Source: the human T2T-CHM13v2.0 reference genome, Homo sapiens. Taken from it: 64,000 bases of DNA. How positions within the stretch are numbered: the stretch's first letter is position 1; every line of letters starts with the position of its first letter. Where the stretch lies: assembly GCF_009914755.1 (NCBI RefSeq), contig NC_060927.1; one strand, written 5' to 3'. The notes below the pieces were generated by a model that saw only the letters and a list, made by a program, of their open reading frames with translations, did not search any database and was not told the origin of the DNA. Below are positions 39,413 to 52,899 of the stretch, piece after piece. The translations under genes and the position numbers were made by a program.

Positions 39413-39443
<31 letters not shown>
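39140..39443 (+). mobile_element. L1PA 3' end (older L1PA) followed by (TA)n
   Basis: CATGTTCTCACTTACAAGTGGGAGTTGAACAATGAGAACACATGGACACAGGGAGG..GGAACTTAAAATAAAA. Confidence 0.9.
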
Positions 39444-39447
<4 letters not shown>

Positions 39448-39579
39448 ATATAAATCCATATGTGTCAGTTCCTTAAATTAATTTTAAATGTTAATTTAAA
39501 AACTTTGCTGCACAACATTCTCTTGAATTGTATTATTTCACATGACAAGTATTGTGCGTGTATAACGAAATAGCGAATG

Positions 39580-40420
39580 AGTAGCAGGTTGAATGGCATC
39601 CTCCCAAAAGTGAGGTCCGTGTTCTCATCACTGCAACCAGTGAATGTGACCGTATTTGGGAAAATGCTTTCTCCAGATGTAAATCAGTTAAGGATCTCCA
39701 GATGAGGTTTATTATTTGGTGGACTCTAAATCCAAAGACAAATGTCGAAAGATAAGAGAAAGGAACAGGGAAACTTGAGACAGAGAAGAGACAGAGACCG
39801 AGGTACAGGAGAGAAGGTTACATGATAATGGAGGCAGAAATCAGAGTAATGTAGCCCCCAGGAATGTCCAGAGCCACCAAAAGCTGACAGAGACAAGGGA
39901 TAATTTCCCCTAGAGCCTCAAAAAGATGTGCAGGCCTGCCAATACCTAGATTCCAGACTTCAGCCTCCATAACTGATGTGGTATGGCTGTGTCCCCACCC
40001 ACATCTCATCTTGAATTATAGCTCCCATAATTCCCATGTGTTGTGGGAAGGACCCAATGGAAGATAATTAAATCATGGGGGCAGTTTCCCCCATACTGTT
40101 CTCATGGTAGTGAAGAAGTCTCATGAGATCTGATGGTTTTATAAGGAGTTTTTCCTTTCTCTTAGCACTCATTCTCTCTTGCTTGCCCCCATGTAAGACA
40201 TGCCTTTCACCTTCTGCCATGATTGAGAGGTCTCCCAGCCATGTGGAACTGTGAGTTCATTAATCCTCTTTTTCTTTATAAATTACCCAGTCTGGGGTAT
40301 GTCTTCGTCAGCAGTGTGAAAACGGACAAATATAGTAACTGTGTATAATAGAGTAAATTTATATTTTTTAAGCTACAAAGTGTGTGTGGTAATTTGTTAC
40401 AGCAGCCGTAGGAAATTACC
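39580..40420 (+). mobile_element. MLT1B/C LTR split by a THE1 LTR
   Basis: GTGAATGTGACC.TATTTGG..CAGATGTAA..GTTAAGGATCT..TTCCAGACTTCAGCCTCC | AACTGTG..GGTAATTTGTTACAGCAGCC. Confidence 0.8.
39974..40334 (+). mobile_element. THE1B/C-like solo LTR
   Basis: TGATGTGGTATGGCTGTGTCCCCACCC..TTTATAAATTACCCAGTC..GTGAAAACGGACAAATATA; TSD ATAAC/GTAAC. Confidence 0.9.
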
Positions 40421-41802
40421 TCAGTAATTATTCTGTATACTCTTGTAGGTTTTGTTTCAAGTTTTGTTATTATAGGCTATTATACTTAGGATATAATTAT
40501 AAAATGAAAGCATGTTGTTACATTTATATATTTCAAAATGGGTTTGCAGTTAGAATAATTAAAATGTGCACACCGAAAAATATTTATATAATGTTTACTG
40601 TGTATCACACCCTCTGTTAGCTGCTGAGCAGCCAATCATTGGCAAAAGCGGCCTTGGTCCCTGTTCTCACTAAATTTATATCTAATTTACCTCACATACT
40701 TTGGAGAAACTGAGACTTACTGTATACCAACATATTGCCCAGCAATGGAAAAAATTCTGTTAACCTGGCAATTTCTAGATAAGCCTCCTGTCAGGTTATT
40801 AGATTTTATTCTATAAAATGTGAAAGCGATACTGAGAATTCATAATGGAGGCAAACAAAACATGCATTAACATATTGTTATTTGAAAGGTACCATCAACA
40901 TGCCAGACAAAAAAAATTACAAAACACAAAAAACCAAAAAACTGGTTATCCAAACTGTGTTTCATGGGTATTAACTTTTGAAACAACTAGCTAGATTCCT
41001 GTCCTAATACTTACTCTCTCTTCTTTACTCAAAAACTACAACTCCTGAAAATAATAGGACAGGAAGGAAAAGCCATCACATTACACATATTAGACCTTGC
41101 AAAATGTGCACCCAATAATTAAAATGTCAGCATGAGGAGCAGAGAATGGAAACACATTGCTAATGAGGGAAAGAAGTTGATTTTTATATTTGTATTGTAT
41201 TATATAATATCTGAGCATCAGGGAAAGAAGCAGTGAGCAAGAGCTTCAGGGAGTAGAAGCTCCCTGAAGATGTTTACAATAATTCAAGTTAGTCACGTTC
41301 GATGAGTATTGAATGAGGGGGAAAAGTATATAAAATATTAAAACAAATTTTAAAATTTATTAATGAAGCACCTCCTATGGGTAGAACGTTGCTCTAGGTG
41401 TCTTGAAATCTTACTCGAGGGTCATGAACCAGCCAAAATTACATATTGTACATTAAAGTTTTTCTTCTCTTCAAAGAACTCCTTCATCTTGTGAAACACA
41501 GTGGTAACTATGATCTATGCAATTAATCAAGCAAGGTTCAGTGTTAGTCATCAAACATAAGAAATCAGAGAATCTTGGCTCCCTTTCTGGTAACAGAGCT
41601 ATGTTGCTTGCCTAGCAACCCACAATGGGAAACTACTACTCACTCACTGCATGTAATTGCTGAGATGATCAATGCAGTATCCTGCAGTTTTCTAGAAAAT
41701 GATATGCATGCAGAAATGTTTAGGGAAAAGCTTACTGCTTGTAATTGACTTTGGAATACTTACAAATAAGTATAATTGATACATGGATGGAGGAATGGAT
41801 AG

Positions 41803-42174
<372 letters not shown>

Positions 42175-44750
42175 GATGGTGGGTACGTTTGTGCTCACTG
42201 TGAAAGTCTTTCCATTTTGCTCTATGTTTAAAAATGTCCATAATTTAATCTTGAAAAATTTTAATTGTGTGACATGATTTTAATTGTAAGTGATATTTCT
42301 TCTCAAATATTTCATTTCGAGAGGGAGAACAATAGAAATTTGTCACAGAAAAGTTAGCCCCCGGCTTCAACTTACTGGCTACTGACAGAGAAATTATTTA
42401 TGGAAGATGCATTCTCAAGGAGAAAAAGTCTGGTACTTTGTTTTTTGATCTTCTGACAAAAGTGTTTTTGATATTTGTGCAAATGGTACAAACACAAATT
42501 TGTCACCACTTCCTGATACTTTTCAGTGCCAAGCTGACCTATTTTTGGTGACATCTTCTGTGGGTATTTTTGAGTAGATCTAAACAAGAACCCGTTTGAT
42601 ACCTAGTAGGGGTCCCAGGAACCCACGCAGAAATAACCATTTGCAGCGCTGAATTATGCCCTCAGGGAACAACTAAGCATGTGCCTATGAATGATTGGCT
42701 CTTTCAGGTAAAATGATAGAATCGTTCTCTTTGCAACACCAGCTATATTGGGCATTGATTATGTGTGAAGCTCCATTTTAGACATTGGGAGCTCAAAGAT
42801 GAATCAGACATTGAGGTTGTCCTTTAGCACGTTTCAAGTAATGGCTTAACTATGGCTGCTCTCTTAGAGCAGTAGAATGTTAATTGGGCCTTGAGAGTAA
42901 AATATTATGGGAGTGTTGAATAATTGAAAGATAGGAATCTATATGTGAAGCACAATCTTTTCTCTCTGTCGTCATTCATATCTGTAGGAATTTTCATCCT
43001 TTTTACCTATAACTTCTAACCAAAAAAAAGTAAACATGTCTTACAAAATTGCAACTCTAAACCTCACAAGCTCCTATTAGGCTAGTCCTGAATTTCAATA
43101 CTACAGTTGTTGTTGTCCCTGGAAATGTATAGTAATAAACATTTAATATTTGAAGGAACTTCAGTGATCTAAATCAAACCTTTATTCCATATAAAATGAG
43201 GAAACAATTTACTGAGGTTACTTACTCTGGTCACTTAGGGACTTCACCTTTAAAGATGATTGTATCCTATGAATGTCTGAACAAGTCTTTGAAATTGTCA
43301 GTGAAGAACAGAAAACTGTAAATGGAGGTTTAAATCGCTTTAACTTTATATTTGTCTTATATATAAATTGTAGGGAATTACTTTGTAAAATATTATGAAA
43401 ATGGTTTGCTTTTTAAATAAATAACTCTCTTATATCTCCAAACCAAACATGTAAATCTCTCACCTTCTTTCCATTCCCGTTTGACAAGTGTAGACTGTCT
43501 ACAAATGGCTCATCTGACCACTGCAATTTTCTCTCAACTGGTATTGCTACCTTTAGTGTTTCTCCTCCTTGATTCATTTTTCTCAAGGCTGCCAGATGTA
43601 TTTGAATTTGTTTATTTACTCACTAAAAATCTTCACTGATTTCCCAAACACTGGACAAAATTTCAAATTTGGCTTTCAAGGCCATTTAAGACATGGGCTC
43701 TGTTTATTTTTCCTTCTTCCTTCTCACTCATCCTCTCTCCACCCTTTCCCCTCTCTCTCTCTCTGTTCTTTCTTTTATCTAGTATTTATGTGGTTTCTGC
43801 TATGGACCAAATTACCTCAATAGATGCTGGGTATATAAAGATGGGAAAATTACAGACTATTATTTAGGAGGAAATTCTAAAACTTTATGAAAACATGATA
43901 AAGACTAGTTTAGTGGAGAGGTAAGTCATATACATGGATTGGAATATTTTAAAGAGCTCAATATCATATTGCAATCAGCTCTCCCCAAGTTGATCTATAA
44001 ATTTAATTAAATTCCATCAACTCTTTCATTATGTTTTGGTTTGATTTTTGTAGGAATTAAAGACACTAGAATTTATATGGTAAAAGAAATGATGAAGAAT
44101 ATCTAAGTCACTCCTGAAGATGGCAAGTTTGAGGGACTTTCCTTACTAAAAGCAATTTTAAAAATAAATATAACTTTACTGATTAAGCCTATATGATATT
44201 CCACCATGGATAGATAATTGAAGATGAGAACAGAATAGAAATCCTAGACAAGAGCCCATACAAACACAGAAACTCAATTTATAACAGAGCTAAAATATTG
44301 TTAGATCACTGGCAAAATACTCCTCAATAAATGGTGTTGAAACAATTATCTAAATAGGAACAAATAAAAATTGGACCCCCTAGCTCACATTATATTTACA
44401 ATTTAATTTTAACTTAGGTGAAAGGTGCTCTGCAAAAGACTATCTTGGTGAGTATCTCTATGATCTCAAGAAGTAAAGTTTCTTAACAAATCTCAGTGCT
44501 TCAATGCATAAAGAGAAAGATCAATATTTATTTACATTAATACTAAGAGCTTCAGTAAATCAATAGACTCCATAAATAAAAGAGAAGCCAAGATTTGGGA
44601 AATGATAATCTCCAACACATCTAACTTAAAAACATTGTATCCAGTATAATAAAATAAGAAATCAATGAGAAAACCCACAATTCAATAGGAAAATTAGCAA
44701 AGGTGATCTTCAGACTAGAGATCACCAAAGTGCAAATTAAGGCCTGAGGA

Positions 44751-45965
<1,215 letters not shown>

Positions 45966-46734
45966 GAAAAGTATTTCAGTATCGGTGTTAGCAAGAATGT
46001 GGATCTAATGCAAGCAAGACATACACACAAACACAAACACACAGATTTAGTAAGAATATACAGATTTAGTAAGATTTAGTAAGAATTTGCAACCAATTTG
46101 GCAAACAACTTGGTATTATTTGTTAAAGTTGAAGACGAGCAAGCCCTATGACCCAGAAAAATAGTCCCTGGGATAGTCCTTAAAGAAATGATTACACTCT
46201 TCAACTAGGACACATGTTAATAGATGTCAAATAATGAAAATGGCCCAAGTGTCCATCAAGAGTAGATTGGATAAACCAAGGTTTAGTCATGTGATCAAGT
46301 GAAAATGAATGAACTACAGCTATGTGCAAAACATGAGTGATTCTCAGAAATATAATAATGAGTAAAAAAGTGCTACAGTCAAACACAGTTGTTAAGGTTT
46401 CATTAAGTAAATTTGAAACCTGCAAAACTAATAAATATGTTAGGAATATCGGCATGTGGTAAAATTTAAATTGTGGGAATTCTCGGGAGAATGTGGGACA
46501 AAAGATGGGCACACAGGAGCCTTCAAAGAGAATGTTAATGTCCTTTTAGACCGTGTGGTGTGTAGCAAATGTTTGTCATGAATCTTTAATCCTTATACAT
46601 TAGAACAAATCTTTTGTTTCTTCTATAATTTGTTTATAGCAATTATTTTTAAAGTACAGTAGTAACCTGTTATTTATCCCCAAACTGACAACTCAAGGAC
46701 TCCCCTTAAATGCCTTCTTCATCACCTGTTTCCA

Positions 46735-46850
46735 GATGTGGGTCTCACTATGCTGCCCAGGCTAGCCTCAAACTCCTGGGCTCAAGCAAATCTTCCCACC
46801 TCAGCCTCCCCAGTAGCTGGGACCATAGGCAATCATCTCCACACTCAGTT
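46735..46850 (-). mobile_element. FLAM/Alu monomer
   Basis: GGGTCTCACTATGCTGCCCAGGCTAGCCTCAAACTCCTGGGCTCAAGC. Confidence 0.8.
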
Positions 46851-48194
46851 TTGAATGCCTTAATTTTTCTGAACAGAAAATTCATCAAGAGCCTTAGCTT
46901 TGAATCTAAAAATAAAAGAGAGAGAGAGAGGTGTAGTTATCTGTCTGCAGGCGATTGATTCATTATGGTGTCTTGGGAAGAGAGAGAAAAAGAAAAGACA
47001 TTTCTGAATAGTTCAAATAGTTCAAGATATATACCTTGCCTGATGATTCTTTTAAGATGACAAGACTCTGAGTTCTTAAGTGTCTCAGGATCCTGCCCAT
47101 GGCGATGAGATTTTCCATTAATGGCAAGTTTAAAGCCAAATGTAAACGTTCTTAGAAAGATAAACTTCGAGGACATAAAAGGTGGGAGGGGAGATGAAAA
47201 GAAAATAGAGCTGTTAGATATCCTATTCAAGTTCTCCAATATCCATCTAAATTGGTCTTAAGTTTCCTACATGTAGGGTTGTTTGGATCTGCAGGAACAT
47301 GTATTGTCTATATTGGGGAGTATTTGTTTGTGGTGCCAGCCATGTATTCCTCTTTGTCCAAAGCTAGAGGAGCATCAGGCAGTGCCTAAATCAATCTGTA
47401 CAGCAGATTCCTCTAATCCAAATTGATTATGCTGATTTGTTCATAGATGGTCTATAACCCAATGCAAAGCTATGCATTATAATAAAACTTTGGCTAGAAT
47501 TTCTAAGGACGTCTGTCTTTTTCATGGGCCAGAGGGCTAAGAAAGTATAAAATTTGGAGCTACTGTGGCCATTTTACTATGTTCATAGAGGAACCTGGGG
47601 GTGCAGCCAAAATTAAAAGAGGCAGATAAAGCGTAGCTAAACACTGAAAGCATCACTTGAGCCCTAAATCCAGCTGTACCAGAAACTGGATCATTCCCTT
47701 GCAACCAAAGGACCCTTGAAAAGATTCATTCTGATAGAAGATATTTGGTTGTTCCATAATGGCATGAGAAGTGACTAAACAAGTCAAGGGTTGGAAACAT
47801 CTTGGGAATTGGACAAGATTATTCAACATAGAGTATCTATTCGCTTTTGCTTCTAGTAAATGAAATGAAAAATCTATATGATTTTTTATGATTCCCCTTG
47901 CTCTCTAGTCTCCATCCGGATTGGTGGGACAGACAAAGAAGAGGCTGCTTTTTCCTTCGAGCTCTTTCTCTTCTAGCTTCTTAAGTGAGAATCTGAACTC
48001 CTTTAGTGTGTGTGGTAAAGTTCTCTGCCAGGGACCCAGCACGGTGGAATGTAGGCTTTTCCTGATGTTCAATGAGCATATACTACTGAATGCCTCCTAT
48101 GTGTCAGGAACTAGTGGTGCCTGAATAAAACAGAGATAAATAGACTCCCCTCTGTCCTCAGAAAACAAAAAGGTGACTAATAGTGATAAAAAGC

Positions 48195-48385
48195 ATACAT
48201 TCATGGCTTCAAATCTTGGCTTCACCACTTATTAGCTAGTTAATATCTCTGTAACTCAGTTTCTTTATTATTAAAATGAGGACCATAATTGAGCCCACCT
48301 TATATATTTGTGGTTAGGATTAAACGCATCCTTAGGTATAAAGCACTGGGAAGATTATGGGGCACATAATTACACTATCTACATG
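48195..48385 (+). mobile_element. MIR
   Basis: TTCAAATCTTGGCTTCACCACTTATTAGCT..CTCAGTTTC..TAAAATGAGGA. Confidence 0.65.
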
Positions 48386-49596
48386 TATGACAAATAAGTA
48401 TAAATATAAATAAGGAACACATATTCAGAGAGCAAGTTACTGAAGGAAGGGAGATAAAACATAATGGCACTATTGAATATATACTATATGCCAGGCACTG
48501 TTTGATATTTCATTTACATTTTTATGTCAGCCTGTTTTATTTGGGTTGGTTTTCAAAAGAAGCTTATGCATTGGAACATATGCCATGAAAAATTCTTTCC
48601 AAACTGTACTACCAATATTGAAGTGTATTGTCATTGCCCACTGGAAGGCAGAACTGTACACACAGTGAAAGTGGAGCCCAGTTGCTTCTGTCTACCCACA
48701 TTAAGAACACCGTCTGTGAATTCATTAAACTATTCTTCATTTTCTTTGTAATTTTATTCCATGACTGTGGTGCATTCAGTATGCTAAACCTCTTACAAGT
48801 TAGTGGAGTTTCTTCTAATAAAACCCACCCACTTGTCCTGGCTGTGAAGAAGGGTTTGAATTTTCATTAGGCCTGTAGTGCCATCTCTACCTCATTGTCG
48901 TGGTAGCATTTAATAAGCAAACAGAGACCATTTTTCCTGACACCTGCCTACCAGGAGGACATACCTATTAAACGCTTCATCTCTCTGCTGCTTTCAGGAC
49001 ATTTTTGCTCTTCTGAAAGGTGTTGCCTTTTATGTCTCTGTACTGTGAAGTTGAAGCTGAGCTTGGCTGGCTGTCCAAGTCCCAATTCTGAGGTTATTAT
49101 CTGGTGCCCTGAGGCAAGAGAGGCTGGCAGCCTCTGATGCCAGCCCCGGCACGGGACTCTAGGCTGCTGTAATTGGCTTTCTTGCCTCCTGCTTGCTACC
49201 TTAATGAGGTATGCCATGTTGGGCTTCACCCACCCACAACTTTTCAGTGGGACAGGTTCTCATGCCATGTAAAGTTGATCAAGCAAAAGCCTCAGCAGCT
49301 TAGTAGAAGAGTTTTGAACGCAGCAAATTCATTGCAGGCTGGAACAGGTCTCCGTGGTGCAAAAAGTAGCAGCTTCTAGGTCAGCCTGGAGCTCATAAGC
49401 ATGGGGACAAGGGAGTTTTGCCCCCAGTGTCAACATTAAGCTCTAGGCCCTGTTCTTCTGGTTATTAAGACCTAAGGTTGTGGATCATCTCTTTGCAGGG
49501 CTCTCACTGTTCATTTCACTCAGGACATCAATTGAGTTTTGTCTGAAATTGTCACTTTGGCTGCAGAGTATTTGGACCTACCATTCTCATAACAGC

Positions 49597-50012
49597 TGTG
49601 TTAGCCTGTTTTCTGTTGTTTATAACAGAATACCTGAAACTGAGTAATTCATAAAAAAAGGAATTTGTTCCTTACTGTTATGGAGGCTGAGGAGTCCAAA
49701 GTTGAGAGGCTGCTTTTGATGAGAGCCTTATTGGTAGTGGGGACTTTGTGGTGTAGAATATCACATGGTGACAGGGCTAAGCATGCAACCCCAGGTCTCT
49801 CTTCCTCTTCTTACAAAGCCACCATTCCCACTCTCTTGATAACTCATTAATATATTAACTCATTAATCTATTAACCCATGAATGGATAAATCAATTCGTG
49901 AAGGCCGAGCACTCATGATCCAATCACTTCTTAAAGGCTCACCTTTCAATACTGCTTCATTAGGGAGCAGTTTCCAAAACATGAAGTTGAGGGACACATT
50001 TAAACCACAGCA
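49597..50012 (-). mobile_element. MSTC/D-like solo LTR at the edge of a MIR (50018-50190)
   Basis: TGTGTTAGCCTGTTTTCTGTTG..GGGACACATTTAAACCACAGCA; perfect TSD ACAGC at 49592-49596 and 50013-50017. Confidence 0.9.
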
Positions 50013-50719
50013 ACAGCTAATGTTTATTGAGTGCTTGCTGTCAAGCATGAATCTAAGAGTTTTTTAAGCCTATTAGCTTCTGTATTATTCAAAGCAATCC
50101 TGTGAGGTAGGCATTATTATTATCCCCATTTTGCATATGAGATTAGGAAAATTTCACAAAGTCATATAGCTAATAAATGATGGCCCCAGGAGCAATCTTA
50201 ACAATGATGCCCCAAGCTGGAGTCTGAGAATGATTGGTTTTGAGTCCATGTAAGATGACCAACTTTTTGCCCTAGCTATATCCTCTTTTTAGATGCCGTG
50301 TGAACTGCCCCTTCAGCTGAAGCTGATTGTACTAGGAATGTATATTTGATCTAAGATGTGTGTGATGCTTAATACTGAGTATCAACCTGATTGGATTGAA
50401 GGATGCAATATTGAACCTGGGTGTGTCTGTGGGGGTATTGCCAAAGGACATGAACATTTGAGTCAGTGGGCTGGACCTAATCGGGTAGGCACCATCTAAT
50501 CAGCCACCAGCGAATGTAAAGCAGACAGAAAAATGTGAAGTGGTGAGACAAACCTAGCCTCCCAGCCTACGTCTTTCTCCCATGCTGGATGCTTACTGCC
50601 CTCAAACATCAGACTCTAAGTTCTTCAGTTTTGGGGCTCATACTGGCTCTTCTTGCTCTCCAGCTTGCAGACAGCCTATTGTGGGACCTTGTGATCATGT
50701 AAGTTAATACTTAATAAAC

Positions 50720-50776
<57 letters not shown>

Positions 50777-50854
50777 CTGATAGGATATAAATATAAATGT
50801 ATCCTATTAGTTCTGTCCCTCTAAAAGAACCCTGACTAATACAGATTTTGGTAC

Positions 50855-50894
<40 letters not shown>

Positions 50895-51010
50895 TATATA
50901 TGAATGATATACAGGACTTGTGTGTGTGTATGTGTGTGCATATATATATATATATTATATATCTCCTATTAGTTCTGTTCCTCTAAAAGAACCCTGACTA
51001 ATACAGATTT

Positions 51011-51025
51011 TGGTACCAAGAGTGG
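51011..51025 (+). promoter_or_regulatory. Primer-binding site, tRNA-Leu type
   Basis: TGGTACCAAGAGTGG just after the LTR end; 14/15 complementary to the tRNA-Leu(UAA) 3' end as I recall it (CCACUCCUGGUACCA). Confidence 0.8.
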
Positions 51026-51049
51026 ATCTAGAGGAACAAAATATTAAGG

Positions 51050-52810
51050 ATGGAGTTCTTTCATTGGTTTTGGGGTTTCTGGAGTTGGCTGCTTAATATG
51101 ATCAGACCCAAAAATGCTAAGTGCTCTACTTCTAATAGTATGGAGAACACTGATAGTCCTTGGCATGAACTGTTTAGAGAGTTACGCAAAATAAATGCAT
51201 TTGAAACTCCTGATTCATGGCTTGTGAGAGGCAAGGAGTTTATTGACTTTATATAGATAATACCTTTGACTGTATGTGGAGAACCAAGGAACATAATGAA
51301 GCTGGTTGGTTGCTCCTAAGTTCAGTGGACAAAGTGATGAAAGAAAATGATGGACTCAGGGATTCTGTCTCTTGGCTTCAGAAGCAGATACCGAGCCTCA
51401 AATCTGCTAAGATTGCCCTGAGTGAGAGTCTTGTCTTCTGTACAGAAAGAGCTGAAATTGTGAAAAACAGACACAGGCTCTTACCATGAGAGTGGCTGAC
51501 TTGCAATGAAAGGTGCATGCACAGCCTCACCAGGTGTCTACTGTTAAAGTGAGGACATTGATTGGAAAAGAATGTGACCCTGCAACTTGGAATGGGGATG
51601 TGTGGGAGGACCCTCATGAAGCTAGGGACACTGAGTTTGTAAACTTTGATGAACCTGCTTTGCCAGAAGGAACAACTTCTCCATCCTCAGTAGTGGTAAC
51701 CTCCCCTCCCCAACCCATGCTGCCATCAGCCTTTCCACCTTTGTCTGAGGAGATAAATCCTGCGCTGCCTGAGGCAACCATGATGGCCTCCCCTGAGGCA
51801 ATTGCCAGGCAAGATAATGTTGATTCACCTCAGAAGCCACCCCCAACACCTCTATTTGCTTCTAGACCTATAACTAGGTCTAGCGGGTCCCTAGAGGTGA
51901 GGTTGAGTGTGTGACCTATGAGGAGATGCGCTACACTGGAAAAGAACTGTTTGAGTTCTCTAATTTATATAAACAGTAATCTGGAGAACAGGCATGGGAA
52001 TGGATATTAAGGGTATGGGATAATGGTAGAGGGAACATAGAGCTGTATCAAGCTGAATTTATTGATTTGCATCTACTAAGTAGGGACTCTGCATTTAATG
52101 TTGCAGCTTGGGGAGTTATAAAAGGTTCTAATTGTTTATTAGCTTGGTTAGCTGAAATATGGATTAAAAGATGGCCCACTGTGATCGAGCTGAAAATGCC
52201 TGATCGCCCTTGGTTTAATATGGAGGAAGTGATCCAAAGGCTTAGGGAGATTGGGATGGTGGAGTGGATTAGTCACTTTAGACCTACTCATCCCAGCTGG
52301 GAGGGTCCAGAAGATATACCCTTGAACAGTGCCTTGTGAACTAGAGGGCAAAATAGAGGTGAGGGCAGCACCTGCATCTTTGAAGAGCCCTGTAATTGCT
52401 CTTCTCTGTATGTCAGATCTAACGGTGGGAACCACAGTCACTCAACTATAAAATTTAAATACAATGGGAATAATTGGATTCCAAGGTAGCAGGGGCCAAC
52501 TGGAAGCACTCAACTATCAAAGGCAAGGTGGGCATAGCTACCGTAATGGAAGCAGAGGCAAAACAGCAATCAGAATAGTCTGACTCTTGCAGAGCTCTGG
52601 CATTGGCTAATTAATCATGGTGCTCCTAGAAGTTAAATGGACAGAAAGCCTACTGCATTCCTACTTAAATTATACAAACAGAAAGCTTCTAGGTTGAATA
52701 GACAAAAGACTAAGTTGAATTATAAAAACAGAGAATCATGGCCCTTCAATCAATTTTCAGACCTGAGCAAGTTTACAGACTCAGAAGCCCTTGCATGAAG
52801 AGGAGGCTAG
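51050..52810 (+). pseudogene. gag: HERV-L gag, frameshifted and stopped
   Basis: Fragments MENTDSPWHELF.., VSTVKVRTLIGKECDPATWNGDVWEDP, WLAEIWIKRWPT..QRLREIGMVEWI in different frames. Confidence 0.88.
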
Positions 52811-52899
52811 GTCCCCTTAAGGAAGGACCCCACTAAATTACCAACCATTTATGCAGTTAATCTTTCTCTGATCCTTCTCCAAGGAGACCTCTGGCCTTT

